This document shows positions 11,401 to 23,296 of a stretch of 64,000 bases of DNA, in pieces. Source of the stretch: Raillietiella orientalis (lineage: Eukaryota); contig JAYWIR010000004.1 of assembly GCA_036172245.1 (NCBI GenBank), positions 3,038,001 through 3,102,000 of the forward strand, read 5' to 3'. Position 1 is the stretch's first letter, and the number at the start of each line of letters is the position of its first letter. A program made the translations under genes and the position numbers. The notes beneath the pieces are model-generated. The model saw nothing but the letters and a program-made list of their open reading frames with translations, was not told the origin of the DNA and searched no databases.

Positions 11401-14400
11401 AAGCGGATCTTTCCTCAAGGGATCGAGCCCACCTTCAAGGTCACCAAGAAGCTATCTTGTATCTCCATTGCTTCGTCTCCGGACAGGTCCCTGACGACCG
11501 CTTGGCAGCCTCCAGAGCGTGGGCAGTGACGTAGCGGGAGTTTGGCTTCATAGGTCCGTCCGTTCTGGATGACCACGGGCAGGTCGAAGCCTTCGGGAGG
11601 TGAACAGGCGACTTTGGAGAAGTTTCGGCGGGAGATCGGATGTCACGCACCGGGAAACTCGGGCTGGTGGTAGTGCACGATGAAAATGTAGCGACCCCTC
11701 TGGGACACTTGTCCGTCCACATCCACGGTCGGGTTCTGCGAGTCGAGAAAGATGGTGCCGAAAGGCAGGGACGCGTTCCTTTGCGTGGGGAGGCGGAAGT
11801 CAAGCTGAGGAGGGAAACAGTATAGTCGATCGAGAGTGTGAGGTCCGACATGCCCTGGAAGATTCCGGAGGAAAGGGGTACTTCGATTCCAGGCACTCTC
11901 CGCTTTTCATGATGCACGACACAGAGGGGACCAGGAAGTCGTAGTTCCATTTTTCCCTGGGGATGGCCACAACGGAGTCCACGGCTAGAGTGGTGTTTTG
12001 CGGGATCTGCAAAAGGTCGGAGGAACGGAAGGTAAGGAGCCAAAGGGGGGAGGTCTTTGGGGGACGCGGAAACCCCTGCGACTGACCGTGATTTCGACGC
12101 TCTCGTGCCCTGCGGAGAGGTTGAAGGAGGCGACGCGCCCCCTGTCGTCGATGGCGGCGGAGCGGCACAGGAACGTGCCCACGCACTCGCTGATCGCGAA
12201 TTTCTTTTCCTCCTCCTCTCCGTTGGGTCGTTCCAGAACGACCTGGTCCGGGAAGCGCTTTCCGTACGGGGTGAAGTAGTTCAGCAGGAGCACGTGCTCT
12301 CCAGCCTGGGAAACGGGCAGGTCCAGGTGCAAGAGGTTCCGGTCTTCCTCCAGGACAATCATTTCGTCCGTCTGCAGCTTCCGGAGGATCTGGAAGGAGG
12401 AGGAGAGTGCCCACCCCCGAGAGACGGTGCACTCGCGCACCTCCCGAAACCCGAGGGGCAGGGAGATGCGGAGGAGGAGCTCACCTCTTCGTCGCCCAGG
12501 ACGGCGTGGGTGCCGGCGTCAGGAGACGACTCCGCACGGACCTTGTCGAAGCTCTTCAGGTGCGGGTACTCGTGCCTCAAGCAGGGACTGATGTCCTCGC
12601 TTGTCATGCAGGGAGTGGTGACCTTCTTCTGGAGCAGCGTGGCCTCGTAGTACGGCAGCGGAATGAGCACGAAGTAATCCTGGACAGAGGGCGCGCGAAT
12701 GAACCGGCTGGCCAGGAGAGAAAGGGGGGGAGAGGAGGAAGGCGGAGCGAGGGGGGGGGTCTCTCACCATGAGGAAGATGCGGTCGGAGCGGAAGGAGAT
12801 GGTGTGCCGTCCTTCCGTGTTGAACAGGAACGGGGACGGAAGATCGCCCGTTTTCCCGGACACGGTCATGAAGTCCGGCTCCTCGCTGGGCTCGATGCGG
12901 GCGTGGAACTCCTGGGGGACGCTGTTCGCGTCGTAGGAGTCCGGGGTGACCCTGATGGTCGCAAACTGCGTGTCGCGGTCCTTGTTCACGTATCTGATGA
13001 CCATCTGGTACAGCGACGGCTTGTCTATGTACACGTCGAACAGGATCTCCGGCTGGATGGAGGGGAAGGGGGGGGGGGACGGGGAAAGCGAGAGATTCCC
13101 CGACCCCGGAAGGTTAGCGATCTGGATCGAGGGGAGGTGGGGGTCGGAGAAACTCACCTGCCTGGGCTCGAAGGTGGCGTAGCCCCTCCAGGAGTATCCG
13201 GGGAACACAGAGTCATCGAAGTCGTATCTGACCTCCGAGCCGCTGGGCGTGTACCCGTCCTCGATCTCGAAAAGGTACTGATGCAGAGTGGGGAAGTAGT
13301 ACGTGGTCAGAGGCCTATCGCACCTCCTTCCCGTCACGTAGGAGCGGCAGAAACAGTTGCCGGTTTCCTGGTCGCAGGATCTGCTCACGGCGCCTCCCAC
13401 ATCGCAGTCGCAGTCTGCGGAGAGGGAGGCGTTTCCGTCGGGAGGGGGGGGTCGTCCGTACCGTTGCATCCCAGTGGGTTGGACTCCCGCAGGCCGTAGT
13501 ACCCTTCCTCGCAGCGGTCGCACACGCGCGAGCGCACCATCGGCTTGCACAGGCACTGGCCGGACGTCCCTTCGCACGCCCGGATGCCGCTGACGAGCCC
13601 GGGGACGTAGCAGCCGCAGTCTGCGTTCCGGGAAAGGGGGGAAAAAAGGGCAACTCTTTCGTCGCACGGCTCACCCTACATCCCCCCCTTTTCTGCTCCC
13701 TCCCCTGACCTTCGCAGCCGACAGGGTTGTGAACCCTCAGGTTCCAGTAGAGCTCCTTGCACTGGTTACAGATCCTGCCAGTCACCCTTGACTTGCATTC
13801 GCACAGCATGCCCTCAGGCAGAGTACCGCATCCCGCGAACGTGTCGAGAACTCCCGCCGGATTGCAGTTGCATTCTGGAAGAGAGTAAACGGGGTCGCGC
13901 CCCCATTTAACCACGCAGCAAACGAACCTTCGCAGAGAGGGTAGTTGTAGAAGCCCTCGGCACATGAGTCGCAGTAGAGACCCTCGAAGTTGGGGTGGCA
14001 CTGGCAGGATCCGTCGACGTCACAAGATATGCCGACCGAACCCGGGCTGCTGCATTCGCACGCTGGAGAAGGAGGAGGAAGAGAAGGAGGTTGAAGGGTG
14101 GAGAAAGAGAGGAGGTGGAGGGCGGGTCGAATCCCCCTTTCACCCTCGACTCACCCAAGCAGGACGGGAACTGGTAGTAGCCCGGGCTGCACTGATCGCA
14201 GCGCCTCCCGGAGAAACTGGCGCGGCAGCGGCACTGCCCCAGGTTGTCACAGGTCGTACCGACGCTGCCGAACTCGTTGCAGTTGCACTCCCGTACCAGC
14301 GGGTAGCCGTAGAAGCCCGGGGCCGCCTGATCGCAGCGGGCCCCCGAGTATCCGCGGGAGCACAGGCACCGGCCGTCCTCCTTGTCGCAGATCTCCGGTT

Positions 14401-17400
14401 GCGTGCCCGTCACGTCACAGGAGCAGACTGGAGAAGAGATAGGGAGGACGGTCGCGTGGCGAATCGAGGAAGAAGGGAGGAGGCCGCGCAAGGGCTGCGC
14501 GATCGCGGGGTTCCCGGAAATACGTACACAGACAGGCCGGGTAGCCGTGGTAGCCCCTGTCGCACTCGGAGCAGGTCCTCCCGCCGTAGTTGTTGATGCA
14601 CGTGCACTGGCCGCTGACGGGGTTGCAGACGCTGCTGGACGAGCCGTTGGGGTTGCAGTTGCAGGCTGGGTGGGGGTGGGGAGGAGGGTGGAGCTGACCA
14701 CCCCGCCCGCGGACTCACGCAAGCAGTCCGGGAAGTTGTAGTAGCCCTCGGAGCACTGGTTGCAGAACCTGCCGCCGAAGTTGTGCTTGCACGGGCACTG
14801 TCCGCCCTCCGTCTCGCAGAGGAACCCTCGCGTTCCATTCTGGTGGCAGTCGCAGGGGCGGCAGTTGGGATACCCGTAGTGTCCTTCGCTGCAGCGGTCG
14901 CACAGTGGCTGCTGGAATTCGGGGCGGCACTCGCAGAGTCCCGTGCCCTCCGCGCAGTTCCCGGTGGAGTAGAAGACATCGCAGTCGCACGCTGCACCAG
15001 CCGCGGAGGAAGGAAGAGAGTGAGGAGGGAAGAGAGGTATAACGTTACGAGGATGAGCGGCGGAGAACGCCGCCGAGGCTCACGTTCGCAGACGTTGGTC
15101 ACGTTGAGGGGGCGGCCGAATGGCCTGTAGAAACCCCCGCGGCACTTCTCGCAGTTGATGCCCTCGGTATTGTGCTGGCAGTTCTTGCAGACTCCTCCTC
15201 CGTCGTAGAAGCCGCGGATGTCCAGGGACTGGTGCAGGCGGTCCACTTCCGGGTCATACTCGCACTCGAATGAGTGGGAGAAGCAGTTGCAGGCTGCAAA
15301 GGGAGGAGCGAGGGGCTGGTCGTTCCGCGCCGCAGGCGGGGACACTCACGTTCGCACTCGAATGACTCTGTGTAGGGGTGCCACTTTTTCTGTTCGAATC
15401 CCGGGCAGCAGTGCTGGCACCTTTCCCCGCATGTCTGGTGCTGGCACCGGCACAGGAGCTTGTAGGGGTCTTGCGGGTCGGTGATGTCGCACAGGTCGGC
15501 GTGCCCATTGCACACGCAGCGACCGCCGATGCTGATGTCCTTGATGGAGTAGTAGTACTGGAGAAAGATGGACGTCAAGATGTCACTCCTCGGAGACGGA
15601 CACGCACCCTCCGGGTGACCGTAGGATCCTGCCGTGCGACGGACATCAGGTGGCCCAGCAATGTCTTGGTGCGCAGGAACCGGAGGCGGACGTTGGTTGC
15701 TCGGGTGAACTCCTGGAGGACCGTGGAGTTGAAGAAGTAGTTGGCCGATGGACGGTTGTTCAGAAGAGAGACCACGATCTGCGGGAGAGATGAGGAGGAG
15801 GGGGATGTGCCGAACGCGAAGGAGGGAGGGTGGGGGAGGCGGATGCACGGGCTCACCTCTCCGTTTTCCAGGGGGACGATCCTGGAGAACTGCGTGTCGC
15901 AGATGACGTCATCATCCTTCCGGATGGGTCTTGTGGATTCTTTCCCGAAGAAGGACTCGCAGTCGCTGCACCGGAAAGAAGAGAAGAGGCGATGGGGTGC
16001 GGGTCGATCCGGCTGAATGATGTGCGCGCGGACGGCGGATGGGTAAGTTGACCACCGCTGTTGCGTTGCTCGGAGGCAGCGCAAGTCCCCCGCGCAGCAG
16101 ATGGCGGCAGTGGCGGCGCGCGCGCTCCTAATCCTCTTTCTGGCTCCCGAGAGGCGAGATCCTCTCCAAGCGTGGAGCGACGCGGGAAGAAATGGGGAGG
16201 ATTCTTCCTTCCAGAGGCTGCAGGGACGAGTCCCTTCCTCGAGCACCCTCGTCCCGTTTTCGGGGGTGTGGGAGCGACCGGCTTCAGTCCCTGAGGAGGA
16301 CATTGCAAGACCCTCCGAGGTCGAAGAGCTGCCGGCAGCGCGCCCGAGGGAGGTCGTCTGCCCCTTTACGCGGTGCTCTTGCTTCCGGGGGAAGCGGGGG
16401 CTGCTACTTCGATCGGATGCGGGGGAGGGGGGTCCCCTCTCGAGAGAAGCAAAAAAAGGGGCAGCGACGACAAGAAGCGAGCACTGCCGCTCAACATAAG
16501 GCCGCTGCGCGAAGACGAGGGAGTTTTCCCGGAGGGAATCTGGGGATCGAAAGTGATGCAGACGACCCCTCGGCCTACCGGAATGCTGGGAGTGGGGCTC
16601 CCAGTTGCGTGCAAACTCTTTTTCCCGCTTTCAGGAGAGCCTTTCGTTGGCGGATCGAGTTCGGACGCTCCCAAGGGTGCCCGGTCTCCCATGGGGGGAA
16701 GCTAGGGTGGCTCTTCTCCTCAAGAGGAGCGCCATCACGCGCTTGCAGGGGTTTCGCCAGCGACCCGGTGGCTGAGCCGCGTGGCAGTCCGGGCGGAACG
16801 CGGCGCCTGGCAGCGGAGGAGGGGCAGAGGGCACCCTAGGAGGAAAGGGGTGCGCCAAGAGGGACGACGCTTCGCGATGCCGAGGATGTTGTGCGTTGGT
16901 GAAGAGGGACGGTCCAAGGTGACTGTGAAGATCTTCGTTCCTCCCGGTTCGGGCGCCACGTCCGAGGAACGGACATCTGGGGAAGGAGAGGAGAAGGGGA
17001 ACGAAAGGAAGGAGGAAGGCGTTCCGGAGGGGCGGGTGAGCGAGCCCACTAATCCTCGGGAGGTTTCACACGCCTGAGTGGTGCCGTTTTCACTGCCGTT
17101 TGTAGGTCCCGGTGCGTAATAGGATAGGAAGGAACTCGCAGCACCTGCAGGAAAGTGAGGAGCAGTCCCGGTTAAGACGGGAGAACGCATATTGGCCGAT
17201 TGGTTGTTGCTGCTGCAGGCCGTAGGGTCGCAGTCGCGGGAGGGAGAAAGTAAGGCGGAAAGAGGGCACGACCTTGCTAGCCGACACGGTTCCGAGGGAC
17301 GGAGTCGTGCAGCACCGGCGCCGCCGCTCCATTCACGGATGGTGCGGAAGCGCCTGTCCGATGACCTCCGGCCCCGGGGGCTGAAACCGGCGCCTTGCCT

Positions 17401-20400
17401 TTCGTGCCGCACGGGTCCTCCAAGGTGCCCCTTGGGGGCGTGGAGAACTGTCGAGACCCCCCAAGAGGGAGGAGAGGTTCAGTGAGAGTTGCAACGCTGG
17501 ACCTCTGGGCACTACAGGGCGTCCCGAGTTGTTGTCATGCCGCTGGCTGCTCGCAAGGTGGGAGCGGTGCCGGAGAAGAGAACCCGGGCAGATCACGGAT
17601 GCTGGGGTCCGGAGAGCGGGGGGGTGGGGGCAATAGTCTTCCCTACGGCGAGAGCCAAGGGGCCGTTTGCGTTGGGAAGGATGCCTCCTCTGGGCTCACG
17701 CGGATTCCTAAGTGTCCGCGGTCAACTGGACGGGGGTCTGAGTCGGATTTCGGACGGGGGACCGAAGTCAGGGGAAGCGCCCCTCCCGAGTGGTCACTTG
17801 GACGCTTTCCGGCCAGCCGACTCCCGGCAGTTCGCACAGCAAGGGTCGCGTTCCGCTGTGGGGATTGTCTCCGCGCGCGCTCACGGTAGCGCCTAGCCGC
17901 GCTGCCGCCGCTGTCTCAGCTGCCGCTCTTCGTCCTCATCCTCGAAGGTGCAGCGGCCTGAAGGCCGCCCCTCAGACCCTCCGAGCGCCGCCTCCGGGTG
18001 GCATCGCCATCGATGGTCGTCGTTTCCGTCGTCGTGACGACAACGTCGCCCCTCCCTCCCCCCATCCTTCCCTCTCGCTCCCTGTGCCTGTTTCCTGTGC
18101 TCTTCGGAACCCCTTCCTAGAGCTCGTCGTCGCCCGCTGTCCCGCCGCGCAGCGGATGGAGACCCGTCCGTCCCGGGGATCCCTTGAGGCAGGAGAGTTG
18201 GACAGGAAGACGCTCTGGGAAAGGGAGGGATGCTGACCCCAGCGCCTCCTCGGAGGGCCCTCCCCAGAGCAGCTGCGGCCGCATCGCGAAGGCCGGAAAC
18301 GCCGGGAAGGCGGGCGAAGCACCGGGAGAAGAGGGCAGCACGCCCGGCGCGCAATCCCGTCGGCTGGTCCGGGATGGACGAAGGGGAGTTTACCTCGGGA
18401 ATAAGGCAGCCGGTCCGGGAATCGAAATGGCTGCCGCGCCGGTTTCCGGAAGGAGAGGAAGGGCCAACGCGCTGAGCCTCCTTCGCTGCCATTCCGATAG
18501 TTTCCAAGATGGCGAATCGCACCGGAGAGCCCCAATCGCCCCTTCGCTGTGGTAAAGTTGGTCCCGCTTGCACAACAGGGGGCAGGCGGGGGAGAGGGAA
18601 GGGCCGCGTGCTTCTGGCGAGCGAGCCGGGTACGGTGCGCCCATCGCTTTTGCCCTTTCTGCGCTGCCCAACTCAGGGCGTGCACTCGCCTTCAGCGAGG
18701 AGGGGGTCCCCTTCGCAGAGGCCTTTCCCCAGCAGCCCGTTCAGCTCCGCGGGAAGGGCTGCGAAAAGTCGTCGTATTTCCAGGGCTCTGAGCCCTCCTC
18801 GGAGGACTCAGAAGACTGCTCCCTGGGCAAGAACCGGCTAGTCCGAGGCGCCACTGTCTCTCTCCTCCACACAGCGCAGAGGGTGGACAAAGAGCCCCTC
18901 CCCTCGCCCGCTCCCCTTTCGCGACGCCGCTTGCGAGAGACTGGCGCAACCGCTTTTGGCTGTTCGCTCGTCCCCCACTGGGAAGATCCTGCGTCCCGGC
19001 GGCGGCGTTAACGGAGGAGACCGCGATTAGCGGCTTTCCGCACTCGCGAGGAGCTTCGAATCGAGGCCGCTTCCCCTGCGGTGGCGCTGCGGGCGCTTCG
19101 TCTCCGCCGAGGCCTCGCCTGCAAACAGAACTTCTCGATGAGGGGGCTGCCCCTCGAGAGCCTTTGTGCAGTCCATTGGAACCCCTACGCGCAGGGATGG
19201 TGCTCACGAACCCAGAAAACACCATTGCGCCTCCTTCCTTCGGCTGTTCGTGCTCTTCTGGCGGCAGAGGGGCGTCGGCAAATGCCCTGCGGAACCGTTC
19301 CGCCGCCCCCTCTCTCCTTGAAGTCCTCGGAGACTTTCGATCCTCCAAGGTCAAGGGATCGGGGCTTTTCCCGCGCTTCCGAGGGAACAGCGCCCCTCCC
19401 TGGCCGATCCCGCGACGGTGTCGTCACATTCCGGCTCATGCACGGCGGACTGGAGGGAAGGGGGGGGGAGGGGGAGAAGGCAGGAGGGAGGCGAGGCGGG
19501 TGAGTGAACGCCCTCTCTCCCGGTCCGTCACCAGGAGTGTCAGAAGCACCATGGGGGTGCCGCGCCAACGTGCACCGAATCCGCAGGCGGGGTCCCGGAG
19601 CATCCCACGAACGTGCCACGCGAAGGAACCGCCCGTCCCCGCCCTCCTTCCGCAGGAGGTCTCGTTCTTCTACCGGCATGTGGGAGATCCGTCTATCAGC
19701 CAGGCAATAGGAGGACGCCGGCTGCTGGTTCCCTAGCAGCTCCCATCGCCTGGAAACGGCTCGCCAGCCTCTCGCCGTCACCCGACGCTCCCAGATGCGA
19801 ATCGCAGGTTCTCCTCCCCCCTCCTCCTCCCTCTCCACTCCCATCTCACGTCCGTCGTGTGGAACACTGCGCGGGTGGGTTCCTGGGGGACTACGCACCT
19901 CCCCGAATCCCGTCCCTTAGAGCAGGCTTCCTTCCCCCTGCTCGCTCAAGGGGCACGTCGCGCGAGCTCCGAAGGGGTGGGGAGCAGAGGGGAAGGGGGA
20001 GATGGCAGGCTCCGTGGAACACGAGGCAGGCAGGTGGCGGCAGAGGGATGAGAGAGAGAAAGCAGGAGGAGGCGTCCGCGCGCGCAGCTTGCAGAGCATC
20101 CGGGCAGAGGGCAGCAGTCGCGGGGCTTCTCGATGGACGAGCGGCCAGCAGGCGGGACAAGACGCGGGAGGGGGAGGACTTGGAGGAGTGAAGCGAATGG
20201 CTCTGGGCACGCCTGGGTAACACCAAAAGGGGTGACTCCTGGTGTTCCCGGTGGAAGGGGTGACGCCGGTGGGCCACCCCTCTTTTTCTCCACCTCCCCC
20301 GAGAAATGCTCTCCCTTCCTTCAGGACTTCTCTGCCCGTCGGAGGCATCGGGATCTACTTCCGAAAGTGCCTTCTGAAGTGCGTAGTATCGCCGTGGACC

Positions 20401-23179
20401 GTGGTGGAGAAGAGGGTACTGATCTGACCGCCGCGAAAGCACCGCCTCAGGGGCAGTTCGCCCTATCCCTCTCGCTTCCCCTCGTGTCCATGGGAACGAA
20501 GGAGGCACGCGACTGCGCGTGCACTGCAGCCTTCAATGCTCTGATGGAGGGAAAGGGACGAGGGGGAGGAGACCAGGGGCTAGCTAGGATGAAAAGGGCA
20601 GTGGGTCGGCCGCCGGGAGAGCCCCGGGTTTAGGCGGTTTTGACTCCAGGATCTGCCGCTGCCTCCGCTCGAGGGGCGGAGCAGCCAAAAACAAAAAAAA
20701 AGAGGAGCGACCAAAGGGGGGAGGAGAGTGGAGTAGAAGATGGGGGAGGGAGGGAAAGGGAGTTTTCGCAGTTCTTCTGGTGGGTTGTCGGAGAAGAGCT
20801 CGCCGCGCTCCTTCTGAAGGGAGAGTCTGAAACCAGGGAGGGAAGGATCCAGCCGTTCGGCCCTGCTCTGCTGAGTAGGAGGCTGCCGAGAACCCCCCCA
20901 AGAGAGGGGAGGAGGGGGGTTCAGTGAGAGGAGCTGGACCCCTGGACGCCGCAGGGCGTCCAAGGTTGTCGGTACGCCGCTGGGTGCCCGCAAGGTGGGA
21001 GCGGCACGCGTGACGGGGTTGCAGGGCTCGGTGATCCCCTTCCCTCTTCCTGCTCCCTCCCTCCTCCCCGAAACGGTCGGCGATTCTACAGCTTCGAGAG
21101 GTTGCGGGTCCGCAGCCACTCCACCCAGCCTCCCTGAGGTCTTCGACTGGTCAGCGGGAAGGAGGGAGGAAGGCAGGTCAGGGTGGAGGAGGAAGGAGGG
21201 GGGGAGGAAGGAAGGAAGGGAGAGGGGCCTGGGAGGAGATGAAGACCATGGGAGCGTCCTGGAGCGGTAGGACGCTCCATGAGGCCGTTCGTCCGTCGTC
21301 GTCTCCTCGGGGCGCCCCTGCGCGCAGGGAAGGGCAGTCTTACCTGAGGCTATCTGCAAAGTACTGCCACGGCATGTAGGTCTTGCCGTTGTCCCTGGAG
21401 CGCTCCAGCACCCAGACTCCGGGCCTCGGCGAGTTGGCCATCTTGATGAAGGCGTAGGCGACGTGGAAGAGCTGTAACGGAAGGGGTCAGTGTTCCAGGG
21501 AGGGGGCAGCGCGCGAGTCCCCGGCTCCCGAGCCGCTCGCAGAAGGAGGGAAGGACCGGAGCATCGAGCCATCCCGCCCCTACGCCACAGCCCTCTCGCT
21601 CCGGGAGAGCGAAGCCACATTCGAAGGATGGCTCACGGTCGCTGTCCTCGTGGAATGCAGGAAGCGAGATCTGTGCTCCCAGGGGAGAGGGGGGAGGGGG
21701 GCTGGGGCTTTTTCCTTGTCTCCCTGGAAGAGTGGTGGCGTCGGTCGCGGGGACCCCATTTAGCCGAATGGACGGCTGCTGTTCTCTGATTCCGGGAGAA
21801 GGGAGAGGCGAGAGGGAGTCGACAGAGGAAACAAGGGGGAATCCTGGGGCGCCATCATGGGCTTGTCACCCCTGCAGGTCGGGTCCACGCCATTTCTTTG
21901 GGTGAGGCATCGACTCGCGCCCCGCTCTGAGAGGGACTCTCCGATGCTCCGAGTCGAAAAGAGATGGGAGCGGGGGTAGGGGGTGGGAATGGATAGGGGT
22001 GGGGAGGATAGAGGGAACAGTTCCGGAAGTGCTGCCGGCGGGAGCTGCAGTCGTCCGTTTTAGAGATCCCGGATTCCAGGAACGGCGCTCTCCTCCTCCG
22101 GAGCGCAGGGGGGTCCCGGCAAAACCCTCGGGGAGTTCGCGACCAGTTGCGCGCCGGGAAGAGAGGCTGCGGGACCCTGGGATGCGATGCCGGGAGACGG
22201 GCCCGCGATCCGCCCGAGTCCTAGGAGAGCGGACATTTCTGGAGTCTGGGCGAGTCGACGCACTTTTTTCCGCTTCTAGGGGAAGCGCCTTCCACGAGTT
22301 CGCCGGGATGGAGGGGACGAAGAGGAAGGAAAGAGAGACAGGTCGCGCTATAAATAGGAGGGAAGGCTCCCTGGAGAAGAAGGAAGAAGGACAAAGATGG
22401 GTAGGATGGTGGTTGCGCGCGCCCACCCTATTCTTCTCTCAGAGTGATGCTGGAGGGTAGGACTGGGGGGTGGGGGGGGGGGAAGACAGTCGCGGGGATG
22501 CAGTCTTCGATGTCAGGAGGAATCGACTCCTTTCCTGTGGGAAGTTTTCCTGGAAGTAGGGAATGCTGCCGCAAGACGTTTCCGAAGGGAGGGACGAGGG
22601 GAGCGACCCTCACGCCACCGTCCCTCCTCTCGTAACGTACGGCTCTCCATCCAGCCGGGGTGGCGGGGTGGGGAAGCGCTTGGGGAGTGAGGGATGCTGC
22701 CCAGGTCCCGGAAAGCGACACGGAAGAGAGGGAGGATAAGCGCGCGTGAGAGTGTTCCCTTACCTGTCCCAGGTCGATGGTCAGGTTGACCTCGTTGTAC
22801 TTGATCCCGCGGGAGATGGGGGGGCTCTGCCACCAGGTCTCCAGGCCGTCGATGGCATTCTCAGGCGGGTGATCCCCCGCCTTGCACACGTCGCACACCT
22901 GGGAGGGGCACGCGGGTCGAGGGGAAGCCCAGCGGACGGTGGCGTCCAGCCTACCTGACCCTGGATGACCTGGGTGTCCGTCCGGTTCTCTAGGTTGCCC
23001 CCGACCAGCTTGCAGTAGAGTTCCCCGCCGGCGATGCCTTCCCCGCAAGTGGCCGAGGCCGTGATGCGGCGGCCCTCAGCGAGGTTGAAATAGGGTGGGG
23101 TTAGCACCTGACCGCGCGCGGCTCCCCCGCAGACGGCGAGGGCGGCCGTTGCCGCCAGCCACACGCGCGCTGCCGTCAT
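1858..23179 (-). CDS. LanA: Laminin subunit alpha, alpha3/5 (LanA) type; spliced gene of about 57 exons
   Basis: ATG at 23179 ([46 protein letters not shown]: signal peptide plus LN start). Exon 1 is 22955-23179, exon 2 is 22764-22898 ([36 protein letters not shown]), exon 3 is 21344-21471 ([24 protein letters not shown]), then exons run from 15965 down to the stop TAA at 1858-1860 (..VFLKFCPTI*). Donors and acceptors are phase-consistent at each junction I traced. Domain order is LN, LE, L4a, LE, L4b, LE, coiled coil, LG1-3, Thr-rich hinge, LG4-5. Confidence 0.97.
5445..7640 (-). other. Laminin alpha coiled-coil (long arm) exons
   Basis: Heptad-like, Cys-free, charged helical sequence (e.g. 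[35 protein letters not shown]) lying between the last LE repeat and LG1. Confidence 0.88.
7640..15520 (-). other. Laminin short arm: LE (EGF-like) repeats interrupted by L4a (about 11100-13310) and L4b/LamB (about 9490-10180) globular domains
   Basis: Many C-x-C...C-x-C...G..C..C..G(Y/F)(Y/W) repeats. L4a begins [17 protein letters not shown]4b contains [22 protein letters not shown] and is followed by [24 protein letters not shown]. Boundaries approximate. Confidence 0.9.
17448..17568 (+). repeat. About 120-bp dispersed repeat, copy 1 (laminin intron 3)
   Basis: Aligns by eye with 20883-21004: gaga..ccccc.aagag..gaggag..ggttcagtgagag...gctggacc.ctgg....cagggcgtcc..gttg...gccgctgg.tgc.cgcaaggtgggagcgg. 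Confidence 0.8.
20883..21004 (+). repeat. About 120-bp dispersed repeat, copy 2 (laminin intron 3)
   Basis: Diverged direct-repeat partner of 17448-17568. Confidence 0.8.
22348..22357. promoter_or_regulatory. MEF2-consensus site in laminin intron 2
   Basis: CTATAAATAG matches YTAWWWWTAR exactly, in a GC-rich intron. Confidence 0.3.
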
Positions 23180-23288
23180 GACGGATGCTGCACGATCACT
23201 GGGGAGCGGGAGCGGGAGCGCGCTCCGTCGCCAGGACGAGTTCATTCCGGGGGAGGCCGGGTCACCGAGGCGCGCGCGGAGATGACCC

Positions 23289-23296
23289 ATTTATAC
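23289..23296 (-). promoter_or_regulatory. Candidate TATA box of the laminin alpha gene
   Basis: GTATAAAT on the minus strand about 110 nt upstream of the ATG. It is the only AT-rich island in a very GC/CpG-rich neighbourhood. Confidence 0.45.

Larger units (their letters stand above)
15520..23179 (-). other. Laminin N-terminal (LN) domain exons including signal peptide
   Basis: Motifs [73 protein letters not shown] and [20 protein letters not shown]. Split by the two largest introns, 21472-22763 and 15966-21343. Confidence 0.93.

Noticed and set aside
1858..15965. Plus-strand ORFs overlapping laminin exons
   Set aside because: Antisense shadows of GC3-rich coding sequence.
16000..21340. Numerous 150-350 aa ORFs in laminin intron 3 (possible nested gene)
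   Set aside because: Low-complexity GC-driven ORFs on both strands, with no recognisable domain or coherent splice structure.
1858..23179. Non-standard genetic code or widespread non-canonical (non-GT/GC-AG) introns
   Set aside because: All traced junctions resolve with GT-AG or GC-AG and the standard code.
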